Origin: an uncultured Chthonomonadaceae bacterium
GTDB lineage: Bacteria; Armatimonadota; Chthonomonadetes; Chthonomonadales; Chthonomonadaceae
Assembly: GCA_963835065.1 (NCBI GenBank)
Contig: CAWIEK010000002.1
Coordinates: forward strand, 96,001-160,000
Direction: 5' to 3'
Length of the DNA stretch: 64,000 bases
Below, piece by piece: positions 10,097 through 21,089 of the stretch. Below the pieces are notes generated by a model. The model was not told the DNA's origin. It was given only the letters and a program-made list of their open reading frames with translations, and did no database searches. Numbering within the stretch: position 1 is the stretch's first letter; each line of letters starts with the position of its first letter. A program made the position numbers and the translations under genes.

Positions 10097-10162
10097 AGGG
10101 AGTGGGGAGTGGGGAGTAGGGAGTAGGGCATCAGATGTTCCTACTCCCTACTCCCTACCCCC
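10097..10162. repeat. inverted heptamer repeats (GGGAGT[GA])n / (CTACTCC)n
   Basis: Seen directly. Confidence 0.8.
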
Positions 10163-10182
10163 TGCCTTGAAGGAGTTTTACA

Positions 10183-11565
10183 ATGCAAGTATCACGTCGT
10201 TTGTTTGTGAAGAATGGGGGCATTGCCCTCGCCTCAGTGGGGTTGGCTCCGGTTTTGGGACCGATGTTTTTGCGGCAGGCCGCGTTTGCGGCAGGGAATG
10301 AAGCCCGCAAAAAGGGTAAAATCCTGATCTGCATCTTTCAGCGCGGCGCGGCGGACGGCCTGAACATTGTCGCGCCGCATGGCGACCCCGGCCTGTACCG
10401 GCTGCGCCCGACTCTGGCCTTAGCGCGTCCCGGTGGCGGAGGGAACAACGCGCTGCTGGATATGGACGGTTTTTACGGCCTGCATCCCGCGCTGGCTCCG
10501 TTCCTGCCGATTTTCAAGTCGGGGCATCTGGCCGCGATTCATGCCTGCGGCTCGCCTGACGCGACCCGCTCACACTTTGATGCGCAGGACTTTATGGAGT
10601 CGGGCGAACCGGGCAACAAGAACGGCGCGGACGGCTGGCTGGCGCGTACGGTTCTCGCCTGTCCCGAAGACCGGGCGAAACTGACCGCCGCTTCAACGGG
10701 CGGCAGTCCGTTCCGGGCGGTCGCGTTGGGCGGCGATCACGGCCTGCCGCGCAGCCTGCAAGGGGATGCGGGCGCGCTTGCCATTCCCGATTTGAAAACG
10801 TTCGGCATCGGGGTTGCGAGTGGTGGGGAAGCGGGGCGAGGGCGTAAAAACGGCGGCGGGCGCGTCATGGCGGGTAACAGCGCTGCCAGCGCTGACATTC
10901 TGGCGTCGAACACGTCCGCGGCGGGCGGCTTTGAAACGCTGTACGATCATGCGGTGGGCGATGTGCTGCACGGGCCGGGCAAGGAGAGTTTTGAGGCCAT
11001 TTCGCTGCTGAAAAAGGCCGTGCCCGGAACGTATATACCTTCCAACGGAGCCGCGTACCCGACCGGGCGCTTTGGCGAGTCGCTGAAGCAGATCGCGCAA
11101 CTGGTAAAGGCCGATGTGGGCGTGGAAGTGGCGTTTGCGGAAATGGGCGGATGGGACACGCATGTCAACCAGACGCCGCGCCTGACGCAGCAATTGCGCG
11201 AATTCGGACAGGGCGTATCCGCGCTGTACGCCGATTTGGGCGAGCGGATGGCGGACGTAGTCATTCTGACGATGAGCGAATTTGGCCGCGCCGCGCGCCA
11301 GAATGGAACGGGGGGCACGGATCACGGCCACGCGACTTGCTTCTTCGCGCTCGGCGGGGATGTGAACGGCGGCAAAGTGCTTGGCAAATGGCCGGGCTTG
11401 GGCGACGGCCAGTTGTACGAAAACCGCGACCTGGCGATGACAACCGACTTCCGCGCCGTGTTCGGTGAAATCGCCATGAAGCATCTGGGCGCGCAGAGTT
11501 TGCCGCGCGTGTTCCCCGGCTACAAGGGTTCGCCTGCCGACTTCCGGGGCGTCATCCGCGCCTGA
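10183..11565 (+). CDS. DUF1501 family protein (Tat-like N-terminus)
   Basis: SRRLF, FQRGAADGLN, RSHFDAQ, GGWDTH, SEFGR, GTDHG; usual partner of DUF1800. Confidence 0.9.
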   Translation: MQVSRRLFVKNGGIALASVGLAPVLGPMFLRQAAFAAGNEARKKGKILICIFQRGAADGLNIVAPHGDPGLYRLRPTLALARPGGGGNNALLDMDGFYGLHPALAPFLPIFKSGHLAAIHACGSPDATRSHFDAQDFMESGEPGNKNGADGWLARTVLACPEDRAKLTAASTGGSPFRAVALGGDHGLPRSLQGDAGALAIPDLKTFGIGVASGGEAGRGRKNGGGRVMAGNSAASADILASNTSAAGGFETLYDHAVGDVLHGPGKESFEAISLLKKAVPGTYIPSNGAAYPTGRFGESLKQIAQLVKADVGVEVAFAEMGGWDTHVNQTPRLTQQLREFGQGVSALYADLGERMADVVILTMSEFGRAARQNGTGGTDHGHATCFFALGGDVNGGKVLGKWPGLGDGQLYENRDLAMTTDFRAVFGEIAMKHLGAQSLPRVFPGYKGSPADFRGVIRA

Positions 11566-11746
11566 TACACTTGGGTATAAGTCTATTCACAGTAACCGGC
11601 GCAACGCCGAAGATAACGCTTTCGTTAGCACCACTAAGCCGTCAGAACCTATGGATAACGAAAAGGTTTTATATGCCGGTTACTGTGGGCAGATTTAAGC
11701 CGCAATATACTGGCGGTTTCAACAAACATCAAGGCTGACTATCTAC

Positions 11747-12694
11747 ATGGATTCTAACGTTGAAAAGGGTGTGGAAGCGCAAGCCGCGCCGCTTGTTGTT
11801 GGGTTAGGGGAAGTATTGTGGGACGTTATCTCTCCCACTGAAAAATACCTGGGCGGCGCTCCGGCCAACTTCGCCTTCCACAGTTTGCAGCTTGGCGCGA
11901 ATGGCGTTGTCGTGAGCGGCATCGGTGAGGATGCGCTTGGACAGGAAATCACGGCGCAGTTAAAGGCCAAAGGGCTGGATACCACCTGTTTGCGGCAGGA
12001 CGCGCGCCATTCCACCGGAACCGTGACCGTGCAGAAAGACGCGCAGGGGCAGCCCACCTACAACATTCATGCCCCCGTCGCGTGGGACTTTCTGCCGTTC
12101 GACGATCTGCTGCGCCAACAGGCCGAAAACGCGGATGCGGTATGCTTCGGGACGCTGGCGCAACGTTCCCTGGCTTCCCGCGCTGCCATTCGCGCTTTTG
12201 TCACTGCCACGCGCCCCGACTGCCTGCGCGTGTTCGACATCAATCTCCGGCAAGCGTTTTATAATCGTGACGTGATTGAATCTTCGCTGGAATTATGCAA
12301 TGTCCTGAAATTAAACCACGAGGAACTGCCCGTTGTCGCCGACCTGCTGGAACTGCCGGGTAGCAATTCGGCGGACGAAACAGCCCTGCTCACATCGCTT
12401 CTGGCGCGTTACCCTTTGCGGCTTATCGCGCTGACGCGGGGCGGAAATGGCAGCGTTCTGACCACAAAATTCCGCCACTCAGAACATCCCGGCTACCCGG
12501 CGACAATCGTGGATACGGTAGGAGCCGGGGACGCTTTCACCGCCGCGCTGACCTGGGGATTGCTGCACACCGCCGATTTAGACACTATTCACGATGCCGC
12601 CAGCCGCCTCGCAAATTTCGTTTGCTCCCAACCCGGCGGTACGCCCCAAGTGCCCGCGTCTCTGAAGGCGCAGCTTGCTTTCGGCATGATTTGA
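11747..12694 (+). CDS. PfkB-family carbohydrate kinase (fructokinase-like)
   Basis: GEVLWD, GGAPANFA, DINLR, DTVGAGDAF. Confidence 0.92.
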   Translation: MDSNVEKGVEAQAAPLVVGLGEVLWDVISPTEKYLGGAPANFAFHSLQLGANGVVVSGIGEDALGQEITAQLKAKGLDTTCLRQDARHSTGTVTVQKDAQGQPTYNIHAPVAWDFLPFDDLLRQQAENADAVCFGTLAQRSLASRAAIRAFVTATRPDCLRVFDINLRQAFYNRDVIESSLELCNVLKLNHEELPVVADLLELPGSNSADETALLTSLLARYPLRLIALTRGGNGSVLTTKFRHSEHPGYPATIVDTVGAGDAFTAALTWGLLHTADLDTIHDAASRLANFVCSQPGGTPQVPASLKAQLAFGMI

Positions 12695-12754
12695 AGAGAA
12701 TCAGCCATGAATGAACGCGAATGAACGCGAATAACGCTTGCTGTGAAATACCCT

Positions 12755-12897
12755 CGATAGGTTGAAAACACCCGCTCCGGGGATTAAAAATCCCTGGCAA
12801 CACAAAACAAGCGTCCTACGGACGCAACTCTATAGGAAGATTCCCGCGTCCGCAGGACGCTTGCACTTTCCTGCCGGGGATTTTCAATCCCCGGCCT
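12755..12897. repeat. nested REP/REPIN-like inverted repeat
   Basis: Same inner and outer palindromes as 7795-7925, between convergent genes. Confidence 0.75.
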
Positions 12898-12925
12898 AAA
12901 TTTCACAGCAAGCATGAATAGTACA

Positions 12926-14137
12926 CTAAGGCAGCTTCTGTGCGCCCTGCGCGGCAGTGGTGACGTAGATAGTGGTTTCAAGGCCGGTGGCGGCTTGGTA
13001 GATGGGAGGAACGTCGCGCAGGAACGCTTCCACAGCTTCATCCCCCACCAGGCTGACCGTGCAGCCGCCGAAGCCCGCGCCCGTCATGCGCGAGCCGTAC
13101 ACGCCCGCAATGCTCCGCGCCGCTTCGACCATCGCATCCAGTTCTGGACAACTGACTTCGTAATCGTCGCGCAGGCTTTCATGGGATTGGTTCATCAACT
13201 GCCCGAAACGCGCAATGTCGCCGGCTTTCAATGCGGTCACGCTTTCCAGAACCCGCGCGTCTTCCGTGACGACGTGCCGCGCCCGCTTACGCGCCAGTTC
13301 GGGCAGTTCCGCTTCGTAACGCTGAAATTCCTCAACGCTTACATCGCGCAGAGCCTTCACGTCCGGCAGATACTTTTGGAACAGGCGCACGGCTTCGGCG
13401 CATTGGTCTACCCGCTCGTTGTACCACGTTGTCAAGTTACCTTCGGGGCGTTTTTTATTGGTATTGGCAATCACAATGCTGACGCCCGAAGTCGGCAGGG
13501 GAACGGCCTCATAACTATAAGGAACGGCCTCGCCGGTTCGTTCGCGGGTATCAATCAGCAGCGCGTGGTTTGCCTGTCCCAACGCTGAAATAAACTGATC
13601 CATGATGCCCACTTTGGCTCCAATAAACTCACGTTCGCCCTGCCGCGCCAGCATTGCCAGCCGCATCGGGTCTACGGGCGTAGCGCTTGCCGTCGCCAGC
13701 GCCAGCCCACACGCGACCAGCATGGCGGCGGATGAGGACAAGCCCGCTCCCAACGGCACATCGCCGCTGATGACCGCGTTCATGCCCGTGACCGCCCTGC
13801 CTTCCCTGCCCATCACCCACGCCATCGCTCGCAGGTAGTTGTTCCAGCCCTGCTCGGATTTATCGGCGGGGTCCAGGTCCGCAAGGCGGAACGTGGAAGA
13901 TTGATCGAAGTTCAGCGCATACGCGCTTACTTCCCCATCCGAACGCCGCGAACCCACAATCATCACGTCGCGCTCAATGGCGGCAGGAAACACAAAGCCG
14001 TCGTTGTAATCAGTGTGTTCCCCGATCAGATTGACGCGCCCCGGCGCGCGGACGACAAACTCCGGCGCGCTTTCATACAATGCCATAAACTTTTGTTCCA
14101 GTTCCTGCCGACGCTGGCCTGCCTGTGTCTGTTCCAT
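12926..14137 (-). CDS. galK: galactokinase
   Basis: APGRVNLIGEHTDYNDG, PLGAGLSSSA, GSRMTGAGFGG; start set at MEQTQ. Confidence 0.95.
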   Translation of the reverse strand: MEQTQAGQRRQELEQKFMALYESAPEFVVRAPGRVNLIGEHTDYNDGFVFPAAIERDVMIVGSRRSDGEVSAYALNFDQSSTFRLADLDPADKSEQGWNNYLRAMAWVMGREGRAVTGMNAVISGDVPLGAGLSSSAAMLVACGLALATASATPVDPMRLAMLARQGEREFIGAKVGIMDQFISALGQANHALLIDTRERTGEAVPYSYEAVPLPTSGVSIVIANTNKKRPEGNLTTWYNERVDQCAEAVRLFQKYLPDVKALRDVSVEEFQRYEAELPELARKRARHVVTEDARVLESVTALKAGDIARFGQLMNQSHESLRDDYEVSCPELDAMVEAARSIAGVYGSRMTGAGFGGCTVSLVGDEAVEAFLRDVPPIYQAATGLETTIYVTTAAQGAQKLP

Positions 14138-14277
14138 GCTGTTGATCCTCGCGCCTAGGGCGCTTTCAATGCTTACTTTCAATGGTTGCTTTCGATGCTT
14201 GCAAAGTATGTCGCAGTATAGCACACGGCGCGAATGGCTGCAAGAAGGGTCAGTGGTTAATAATGCCAACCTTCAGG

Positions 14278-14303
14278 GAACAACTAATTTATCTGGCGCG
14301 TCC
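14278..14303 (+). promoter_or_regulatory. possible ECF promoter GAACA-N16-CGTCC
   Basis: Similar to 1692 and 45850; upstream of a YciF-type stress gene. Confidence 0.35.
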
Positions 14304-14387
14304 TTGTCCATGCCTATCGTTCATACATCAGTATGCGGCAATGTGATCTGTTCGCATGGCCGCTCACCACACAAAGGAGATACTCTC

Positions 14388-14888
14388 ATGGCGGAGACAC
14401 CTCAGGATCGCTTGATTCGCTACATTCAGGACGCGCACGCTTCCGAAGTCGGCATTGTGACCGTTCTCAAAGATTTCATCAACGAAGTTGACAATGTGCA
14501 GGTAAAGGCCGTGTTCCAGGAGCATCTGGCCGTGACGGAAAGCCAGGCGCAGCGTCTGGAACAGCGCCTGATTGCGCTTGGCTCGGGCGCATCCGACGGC
14601 AAGGGATTCCTGAACACCCTTATGGGCAAAGCCGGTGACGTGATGCATGCCATGCACGACTCCAAAGACAAAACCACGCAGGACTTGATTAAAGCCTACG
14701 CGACGGAGCATCTGGAAATCGGCATGTACAAGTCGCTGTACTCCTACGCTTCCGCCGTTGGCGACACCCAGACCGCGCAACTGGCGAAGCAGATTCAGGC
14801 CGAGGAACAGGAAGCGGCGGACAAAGTGTTCCCGCTGATTACCCTGACCGCGCAGGCAGCTCTGGCGGCCACGACCGCAGCCGTTTAA
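14388..14888 (+). CDS. ferritin-like DUF892 (YciE/YciF) stress protein
   Basis: SD AAAGGAG; YIQDAHASE, EHLAVTESQAQRLE, YATEHLEIGMY. Confidence 0.88.
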   Translation: MAETPQDRLIRYIQDAHASEVGIVTVLKDFINEVDNVQVKAVFQEHLAVTESQAQRLEQRLIALGSGASDGKGFLNTLMGKAGDVMHAMHDSKDKTTQDLIKAYATEHLEIGMYKSLYSYASAVGDTQTAQLAKQIQAEEQEAADKVFPLITLTAQAALAATTAAV

Positions 14889-15064
14889 GGGGTTGAGAGT
14901 TGAGGGTTGAGGGCGCTGGCTCCTCTGCTGGAAGGCGGGGGAGCCGTTTTAGTTGTTGCCAGTTTAAATAGGAGCATGCCGACTTCTCCGAACACCCAAC
15001 ACCCAACACCGAATACCGAATACCGAATACCGAACACCGGCATTTACAGAATAAGGAGTTATAC

Positions 15065-15934
15065 ATGACTACGACGAATACGGATACGAGCGCCCGCGCT
15101 TCTGGAACATTTTTGTTGGGCGGCGATATTGCCGTCAACCGCATGGGGTTTGGAGCCATGCGTATCACGGGCAAGGGGATTTGGGGTGAGCCGCAGGACC
15201 CGGAACAGTGCAAGGCCGTGCTGCGCCGCGCTGTGGAATTGGGCGTCAACTTCATTGATACCGCCGATGCGTATGGCCCGGAAGTTTCGGAAAGATTGAT
15301 TGCGGAAACATTGCACCCGTACCCGCAAGACCTCATTATCGCCACCAAGGGTGGATTGACGCGGCAGGGGCCGGACAAGTGGCTTCCTGTCGGGCGTCCC
15401 GAATACCTGCGGCAGTGCGTGGAAATGAGTCTGCGCCGACTCAAAGTGGAGCGCATTGACCTGTACCAACTGCACCGCATTGACCCCAAAGTGCCCGTCG
15501 AGGAGCAGCTTGGCATTTTGACGGAGATGCAGCAGGAGGGGAAAATACGCCACATCGGATTGTCGGAAGTGTCCGTAAACGAACTGAAACACGCGCAAAC
15601 GCTGGCAACTATCGTTTCCGTGCAAAACCTGTACAATCTTTCCAACCGCAAGGCCGAAGACGTTTTAACCTACTGCGAACAAAACAGCCTGGGCTTTATC
15701 CCCTGGTTCCCGGTTGCGGCAGGCAAGCTGACGCAGCCCGGCGGGCCATTAGACAAGGCCGCGCAAAACCATCACGCGACCATGGCGCAGCTTGCCCTGG
15801 CCTGGCTGCTCAAACGCTCACCCGTCATGCTGCCCATTCCCGGCACATCCTCCGTCGCCCATCTGGAAGAAAACGTCGCCGCTTCCGGCGTTCCTCTAAC
15901 CGACGAAGAGTTTGCCGCTCTGACGCAGCAATAA
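15065..15934 (+). CDS. aldo/keto reductase
   Basis: [31 protein letters not shown]. Confidence 0.95.
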   Translation: MTTTNTDTSARASGTFLLGGDIAVNRMGFGAMRITGKGIWGEPQDPEQCKAVLRRAVELGVNFIDTADAYGPEVSERLIAETLHPYPQDLIIATKGGLTRQGPDKWLPVGRPEYLRQCVEMSLRRLKVERIDLYQLHRIDPKVPVEEQLGILTEMQQEGKIRHIGLSEVSVNELKHAQTLATIVSVQNLYNLSNRKAEDVLTYCEQNSLGFIPWFPVAAGKLTQPGGPLDKAAQNHHATMAQLALAWLLKRSPVMLPIPGTSSVAHLEENVAASGVPLTDEEFAALTQQ

Positions 15935-15942
15935 CCTTAACG

Positions 15943-16656
15943 CTATCTGCGGGAAGCGGCAAGTTCGCGCACGGCAGGAGCCAACTGCATGAGGTCCGTC
16001 ACCACTTTGTCGGCGCGCTCCTGCTCCGTTCGCGGATCATAGTACACATAAAGTTGCCCGCGCCGGAATTGAACGGTTCCCATGCCCAACGCCCGCGCGG
16101 GCGCTACATCCACGTCCGGGCGATCTCCTACCATAATGGCAGCCTTTGCATCACATCCGGTCTGTTCCAGCGCCCATGTGAAAATCTTGGGGTCGGGTTT
16201 GGACACGCCTACGATTTCGTCAATGGCAGTCACGTCGAAATACGGCGTCAGGCCATAATCGCGCAAGGCGTCCATGATCTGCGGATGCTGATTGGCGATA
16301 ATGCCCAACCGAAAATCGCGTTTCAAGTCCTGCACCACCGTCAGCATGTTGTCGAGCAGCATCCCATACGGGCGCGGCTTGCGCATGGCCTCGTACTCCG
16401 CGTGTCCCTGATGAATGATAAGGTCCGCCCGCTCCCTGTCCGGCACGAACGCATAAACCGCGTCATTGTACGCGCCGGTTGGCGCAATACGGGCGCAATC
16501 CCGCACCCGCGCATGGTACGCATCCCATGTTACGTCAATGCCATTGCGCCGCATTGCCAGCAGCATCGAGTGGAACAGGTATTGATGCTGCGCATTCTCA
16601 TCGAACAGCACATCGCCGATGTCGAAAAAAATAATTTTTGTATTCATGTAGTCCAC
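15943..16656 (-). CDS. HAD-family hydrolase
   Basis: FFDIGDVLFD, KPDPKIF, MVGDRPDVD; start may be ATG 16647. Confidence 0.9.
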   Translation of the reverse strand: MDYMNTKIIFFDIGDVLFDENAQHQYLFHSMLLAMRRNGIDVTWDAYHARVRDCARIAPTGAYNDAVYAFVPDRERADLIIHQGHAEYEAMRKPRPYGMLLDNMLTVVQDLKRDFRLGIIANQHPQIMDALRDYGLTPYFDVTAIDEIVGVSKPDPKIFTWALEQTGCDAKAAIMVGDRPDVDVAPARALGMGTVQFRRGQLYVYYDPRTEQERADKVVTDLMQLAPAVRELAASRR

Positions 16657-16809
16657 GTACCTCCTATCTTCGTAACCCTATTGTTGACAGTACAGGCCGT
16701 CGTTGCTGCAATGGCGGACAGCGCTGATTTGTTCTGCAAACACGGCGCGAACCCCTGCAATAATGTGTGAGATATTCCGTTACAACTCGTTCCTATACAA
16801 ATTGGGAGG

Positions 16810-17373
16810 TTGATTGGCATGTGGTTACGTTTGACCGGCTGGTTTTATTGGCTGTTATCGCCTGGGTTGAACCTGTACCTGCGTTTGTTCATGCCCCGCT
16901 ATTCCCGTTTTCTGCGGCTCGACGCCTTAGCCGCTAAAGCTTTTCACAGAGGCAACTATGTCAAAGCGACGGAACTTGCCTCGGAAGCCTTGCGGCTTGC
17001 GGAAAAGTATACCGACGATTGGAACTATGGCAACGTGATCCATGACAGCCACCAGATTTTAGGGATGGTTGCTTTGAAAATGGGCGATGTTGCGCAGGCA
17101 AAGACCTCCCTTCTTGCAGCCGGCAAAACGCCCGGTTCGCCACAGTTGGACTCCTTCGGACCGAGTATCGTGCTGGCGCAGGAGTTGCTGAAACTGGATG
17201 AAAGGCAGGTCGTGAAAGAGTATTTAGACCTGGTTGCTGTATTTTGGGCAGCCGAGAAGGACGAGCGGTTTCGTGAGGTTGAAAAGAAAAATAAACAGTT
17301 GCTTCAAGAGTGGAAGGTGGATATTGATGCCGGGCGTGTGCCTGACTACTATCTGTGGAAGCAAAATCTGTGA
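16810..17373 (+). CDS. hypothetical protein with TPR-like helices
   Basis: SD GGGAGG; DWNYGNVIH...LLAAGKTPGSPQLDSFGP. Confidence 0.75.
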   Translation: MIGMWLRLTGWFYWLLSPGLNLYLRLFMPRYSRFLRLDALAAKAFHRGNYVKATELASEALRLAEKYTDDWNYGNVIHDSHQILGMVALKMGDVAQAKTSLLAAGKTPGSPQLDSFGPSIVLAQELLKLDERQVVKEYLDLVAVFWAAEKDERFREVEKKNKQLLQEWKVDIDAGRVPDYYLWKQNL

Positions 17374-17400
17374 CAATTAATGATTGCCTCGCGGGTTGAT

Positions 17401-18312
17401 TCAGGACGAATGTAGCTGCGCGGTCTGCGATTCGGCGTGTTCTTCCATCGGAATCGTTTGCAGGATGAAGGGCGTTTGCGCAAGGGTTTCGGGTGGCAGC
17501 GCGATTTCGTCGGGCGCGACGCGCAGCAGTTGATTGGCGGGCGTACTGGAAGCCGTACTCATGGCGGGGCGCAGCAGTACGTCGGTTGCGGTGTGGTTGC
17601 CGTCGGAAGCGCGCAGCAGGGTTTGCGTCAGCCGTTGGTTTTCCACGCGCATTTGCAGGAACGGCAGACATTCTTTGGCGGCGGCCATGACATCTACATG
17701 GGTTGTGCGGTGAGCATCCTCTGCCAACTCCATGACTATCGGCAGCGAACTTGCATCGCCTACCTGTTGCAGCGCGCGCAGCGTCGTAATCTGAAGCTGC
17801 TCTGCCGTCGCCTGGAATTGTTTCGTCCAATTTCGCTTCAAGCCAAGTTTGCCGGCAAGCAGGCGGTTCAGAATGGCGTGGTGTTCGGGCGCAAGCAGGG
17901 GGGCATCGGAGGCTTGCAGGCGCGGCAGCAGTTTTTCCAGCAGCATGGCCGCGTCATTTCTTAAATCGTTATCGTTGTATTCCAGCATTTCGATCAGGCG
18001 TGGAACAGCGCGAACATCATCGAACTCCGCCAGCGCTTGAACGCCTTTTTTCTGCTTTTGCGTGGCCGCGTACATGCCTACGATCATTCCAGTAAAACTG
18101 CCAAACGAGTTGAAAATTCCTCCCAAGCCGTGAAGACTTCTTGTGAGGACGCCGATCAACATTATGACAAACAGGCTCAGGTAGAAACCCAAAAATATCT
18201 TGACAAATCGCCGCTTTTTGAGGGTTTTTCGCCGCTCGTCCGCCAGCAATGCCAGTAACTCGTCCAGCGAATTGAAAACAAGCGGCTCATCCTTTTTTGT
18301 GAATCTACCCAA
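17401..18312 (-). CDS. membrane protein with HEAT-like repeats
   Basis: Two TM helices, then DVRAVPRLIEML and RALQQVGDASSLP. Confidence 0.75.
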   Translation of the reverse strand: MGRFTKKDEPLVFNSLDELLALLADERRKTLKKRRFVKIFLGFYLSLFVIMLIGVLTRSLHGLGGIFNSFGSFTGMIVGMYAATQKQKKGVQALAEFDDVRAVPRLIEMLEYNDNDLRNDAAMLLEKLLPRLQASDAPLLAPEHHAILNRLLAGKLGLKRNWTKQFQATAEQLQITTLRALQQVGDASSLPIVMELAEDAHRTTHVDVMAAAKECLPFLQMRVENQRLTQTLLRASDGNHTATDVLLRPAMSTASSTPANQLLRVAPDEIALPPETLAQTPFILQTIPMEEHAESQTAQLHSS

Positions 18313-18319
18313 ATCTTGC

Positions 18320-19234
18320 TTACTCCAGACCGTAAGAATCTTTACTTCCTAAATTAGCGTAGATTTCGCGCGTGGCTGTGGACTTGTTCAGCGTGTAGAA
18401 GTGGATGCCGCGTACCGAGCAGTCCAGCAGGTCACGGCACTGCTCGGTTGCCCAGTGGATGCCCACTTTCCTGACGTAATCCTCATCCCCGGCGCAGCGC
18501 AGCACGGACTTTTGCAGGCGGGCGGGAATCCGCGCGCCCAGCGCCAGTTCCGCCATTTTGTTCATGCCGCCCACCGATGTAATCGGCATAATCCCGGCGA
18601 GAATGGGAACGCTGATGCCTGCCAGTTCGCAGCGCTCGCGGAAATCATAAAAGTCGCGGTTGTCGAAAAACAACTGCGTCACGATGTAATCCGCGCCCGC
18701 GTCCACTTTGGCCTTCAAATAATCCATTTCATGCAGGCGGTTGGGAGTCGCGGGATGGCCTTCCGGGAAGCCCGCCACGCCGATGCCGAAGCCGCGCGGG
18801 TCGGGATGCTTGCCCTCCGCATTGAACTTCTTGATATACGCCGCCAAATCCCCGGCGCGGTGAAAAGCGTCCCCGCTCCGGTCATGCCCGGAACGATTGC
18901 GGGGCACGTCGCCACTCAGCGCGAGGATGTTGGAAATGCCGTGTTCGGCATAGCGTTCCAGAATGTTGCAAATCTCTTCTTCCGTATGGCATACGCAGGT
19001 CAGATGCGGAATTGGATCGCAGGACGTGGTGTTCTTGAGGCGTACCACCAGATCGTGCGTGTATTTGCGCGTAGACCCGCCCGCGCCATACGTGACGGAC
19101 ACGAAGGACGGGTGCAGGGTTTCGAGTTCGGCAATCGTGCCGAAAAGCTGTTCCGCCGCCACGTCGTTTTTGGGCGGCATGAACTCGAAGCTAAAGGTTG
19201 TGCGCCAGTTGGCGAAAATGTCGCGGATGTGCAT
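18320..19234 (-). CDS. metF: 5,10-methylenetetrahydrofolate reductase
   Basis: SFEFMPPK, SVTYGAGGS, HLTC, TQLFFDN, GIHFYTLN. Confidence 0.96.
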   Translation of the reverse strand: MHIRDIFANWRTTFSFEFMPPKNDVAAEQLFGTIAELETLHPSFVSVTYGAGGSTRKYTHDLVVRLKNTTSCDPIPHLTCVCHTEEEICNILERYAEHGISNILALSGDVPRNRSGHDRSGDAFHRAGDLAAYIKKFNAEGKHPDPRGFGIGVAGFPEGHPATPNRLHEMDYLKAKVDAGADYIVTQLFFDNRDFYDFRERCELAGISVPILAGIMPITSVGGMNKMAELALGARIPARLQKSVLRCAGDEDYVRKVGIHWATEQCRDLLDCSVRGIHFYTLNKSTATREIYANLGSKDSYGLE

Positions 19235-19541
19235 GGTGGTTCAGGTATTCAGGTGTTCAGGTATTCGGGTGTTCAGGTATTTGGTTTGTAGCTTGCGCTG
19301 TTGGATTGAATGTAAACATGGTATATTCTACCTGATTTGCAGGCGAGCCGACAGCGTGTTTGTCTATGTTGCCTGTTTCGCAGGCTTATAATTCACGGTT
19401 ACGCCGTATTCTCATGCGGACACTGTATATTTTGACGTATTTGAAGCGTAAATAGAGGTGCGAAAGCCATTATATGGCCCACGCGCCCTACGTTACCAAA
19501 CACCTGAACACCTGAATACCTGAACACCGAATACCCAACCT

Positions 19542-20996
19542 ATGAAACGTCCACTCGCTATTCTCGCCCTGACATTGTTTTTGGATCTGCTCGGCTTCGG
19601 CCTGATTTTACCCCTGCTGCCCGTGTACATCACGCACTATGGCGGGCAGCCCTGGGTTGGCGGCGCGCTGCTTGCCACCTTTTCCACCGCGCAGTTTATC
19701 TTTTCGCCGATTTGGGGGCGCATGTCGGATAAAGTGGGGCGGCGTCCGTTGATTTTGCTGAGTTTGTGCGGCTCGGCGATTTCGTTTATCGCGTTCGGTT
19801 TCGCGCCCAACCTGCTGTTTTTGTTTGTCGCCCGGGTGGCGGCGGGCATCTTGTCGGCTGCAAGCCTGCCCACCGCGCAGGCGTATATCGCGGACGTGAC
19901 GCCGCCCGAAAAGCGGGCCAGCGGCATGGCCGTGTTGGGAGCCGCGTTCGGATTGGGCTTTGCGCTTGGCCCAATGATCGGCGGCTATGCGGGGCATCCC
20001 GTACATATCGGCGCGTTCCACACCAGTTCGCTGCAAACGCCCGCTTTAATTGCCGCAACGCTGTGCTTTCTCAACTTTTTGTGGGCATTATTCATGCTGC
20101 CGGAAAGCCTGCCCAAAGGCCAGCGGCAGGAGGGCAAGGAAGGCGGGGGCGTCCTGGCTGTGTTCCCCGCCATCAGCCGCGCCATGCGCAACCCCAACAT
20201 CAGCGCCCAATTAACCGTCTTCACCTTCACGACGTTTGCGTTTACGGCTGTGGAAGCGTCGTTTTCCTGGCTGACGCTCCTGCGGTTCCGCGACCTGCTG
20301 ACCCAAAACGCGCTTCACGCCTGGCAGACTGCCAACCCCGGCCTTGTGCCACCGGCGCAGCTTCCGCAGGATTTGATCGAACACGCGCAAACAGCGGCGA
20401 CAAGCAGCATTTTCGCGGTTGTCGGCGTAACTGCCGTTTTGACGCAGCTTGTCGTGATACGCGGCCTGGCGCACAAAGTGGGAGAAAACCGGCTGGTGAT
20501 GTTCGGCGCGGGACTGCTGGCGTTTTCATTAATCGGGATCGCGTTCGCGCCCTCACTGCTGCTGCTGCGCGTCCTGGCGGCGGGGATTGCGATAGGCAGC
20601 GGCGTCATGAACCCGTCCCTGAACGCGCTGATTACCCAGGCGGCGGGGCCGAAGGAGCGGGGCAGCCTGAGCGGTACGCAGCAGGGATTGGGCAGCATGG
20701 CGCGTATCATCGCGCCACCCATCAACAACACGGTCGTCGCCTGGCATCCCGGCCCGCTTCCCATCGGCAGTGTGCCCTTTATCAGTTCTGCCCTGCTGAT
20801 GACCGTCGCCTTTGTCCTGAGCCTGCGCCTGAAGCCCCTGTTGGAACAGGCCGTCACCTTCCCAAAGGGCGTTCCCGACACGCTGCTGCAAGACCAGCCC
20901 GCGACCAACGAAACCGGAATTGCGCCCGCGATTGAAGGCGATACCGCGTCTCCCAATGCAAACGGAATTTCATCCGTCAACAAAACAACGGGGTAG
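19542..20996 (+). CDS. MFS transporter (DHA1/TetA-like family)
   Basis: DLLGFGLILPLLP, GRMSDKVGRRP, AYIADVT. Confidence 0.9.
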   Translation: MKRPLAILALTLFLDLLGFGLILPLLPVYITHYGGQPWVGGALLATFSTAQFIFSPIWGRMSDKVGRRPLILLSLCGSAISFIAFGFAPNLLFLFVARVAAGILSAASLPTAQAYIADVTPPEKRASGMAVLGAAFGLGFALGPMIGGYAGHPVHIGAFHTSSLQTPALIAATLCFLNFLWALFMLPESLPKGQRQEGKEGGGVLAVFPAISRAMRNPNISAQLTVFTFTTFAFTAVEASFSWLTLLRFRDLLTQNALHAWQTANPGLVPPAQLPQDLIEHAQTAATSSIFAVVGVTAVLTQLVVIRGLAHKVGENRLVMFGAGLLAFSLIGIAFAPSLLLLRVLAAGIAIGSGVMNPSLNALITQAAGPKERGSLSGTQQGLGSMARIIAPPINNTVVAWHPGPLPIGSVPFISSALLMTVAFVLSLRLKPLLEQAVTFPKGVPDTLLQDQPATNETGIAPAIEGDTASPNANGISSVNKTTG

Positions 20997-21089
20997 TTTC
21001 CGAGAAGATGCTAGATAGGTGTTCACTACCTCGTATGAAAATGCCCGAACACCTGAACACCCGTATCTCCGTTTAGAGGAGCAAAATCC

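Noticed and set aside
11587..11687. Inverted repeat CACAGTAACCGGC...GCCGGTTACTGTG as a riboswitch or ncRNA
   Set aside because: Single copy in the window with no recognisable aptamer; more likely another palindromic repeat.
19542..20996. Tetracycline resistance gene tetA
   Set aside because: Family-level similarity only; no tetR; substrate cannot be inferred.
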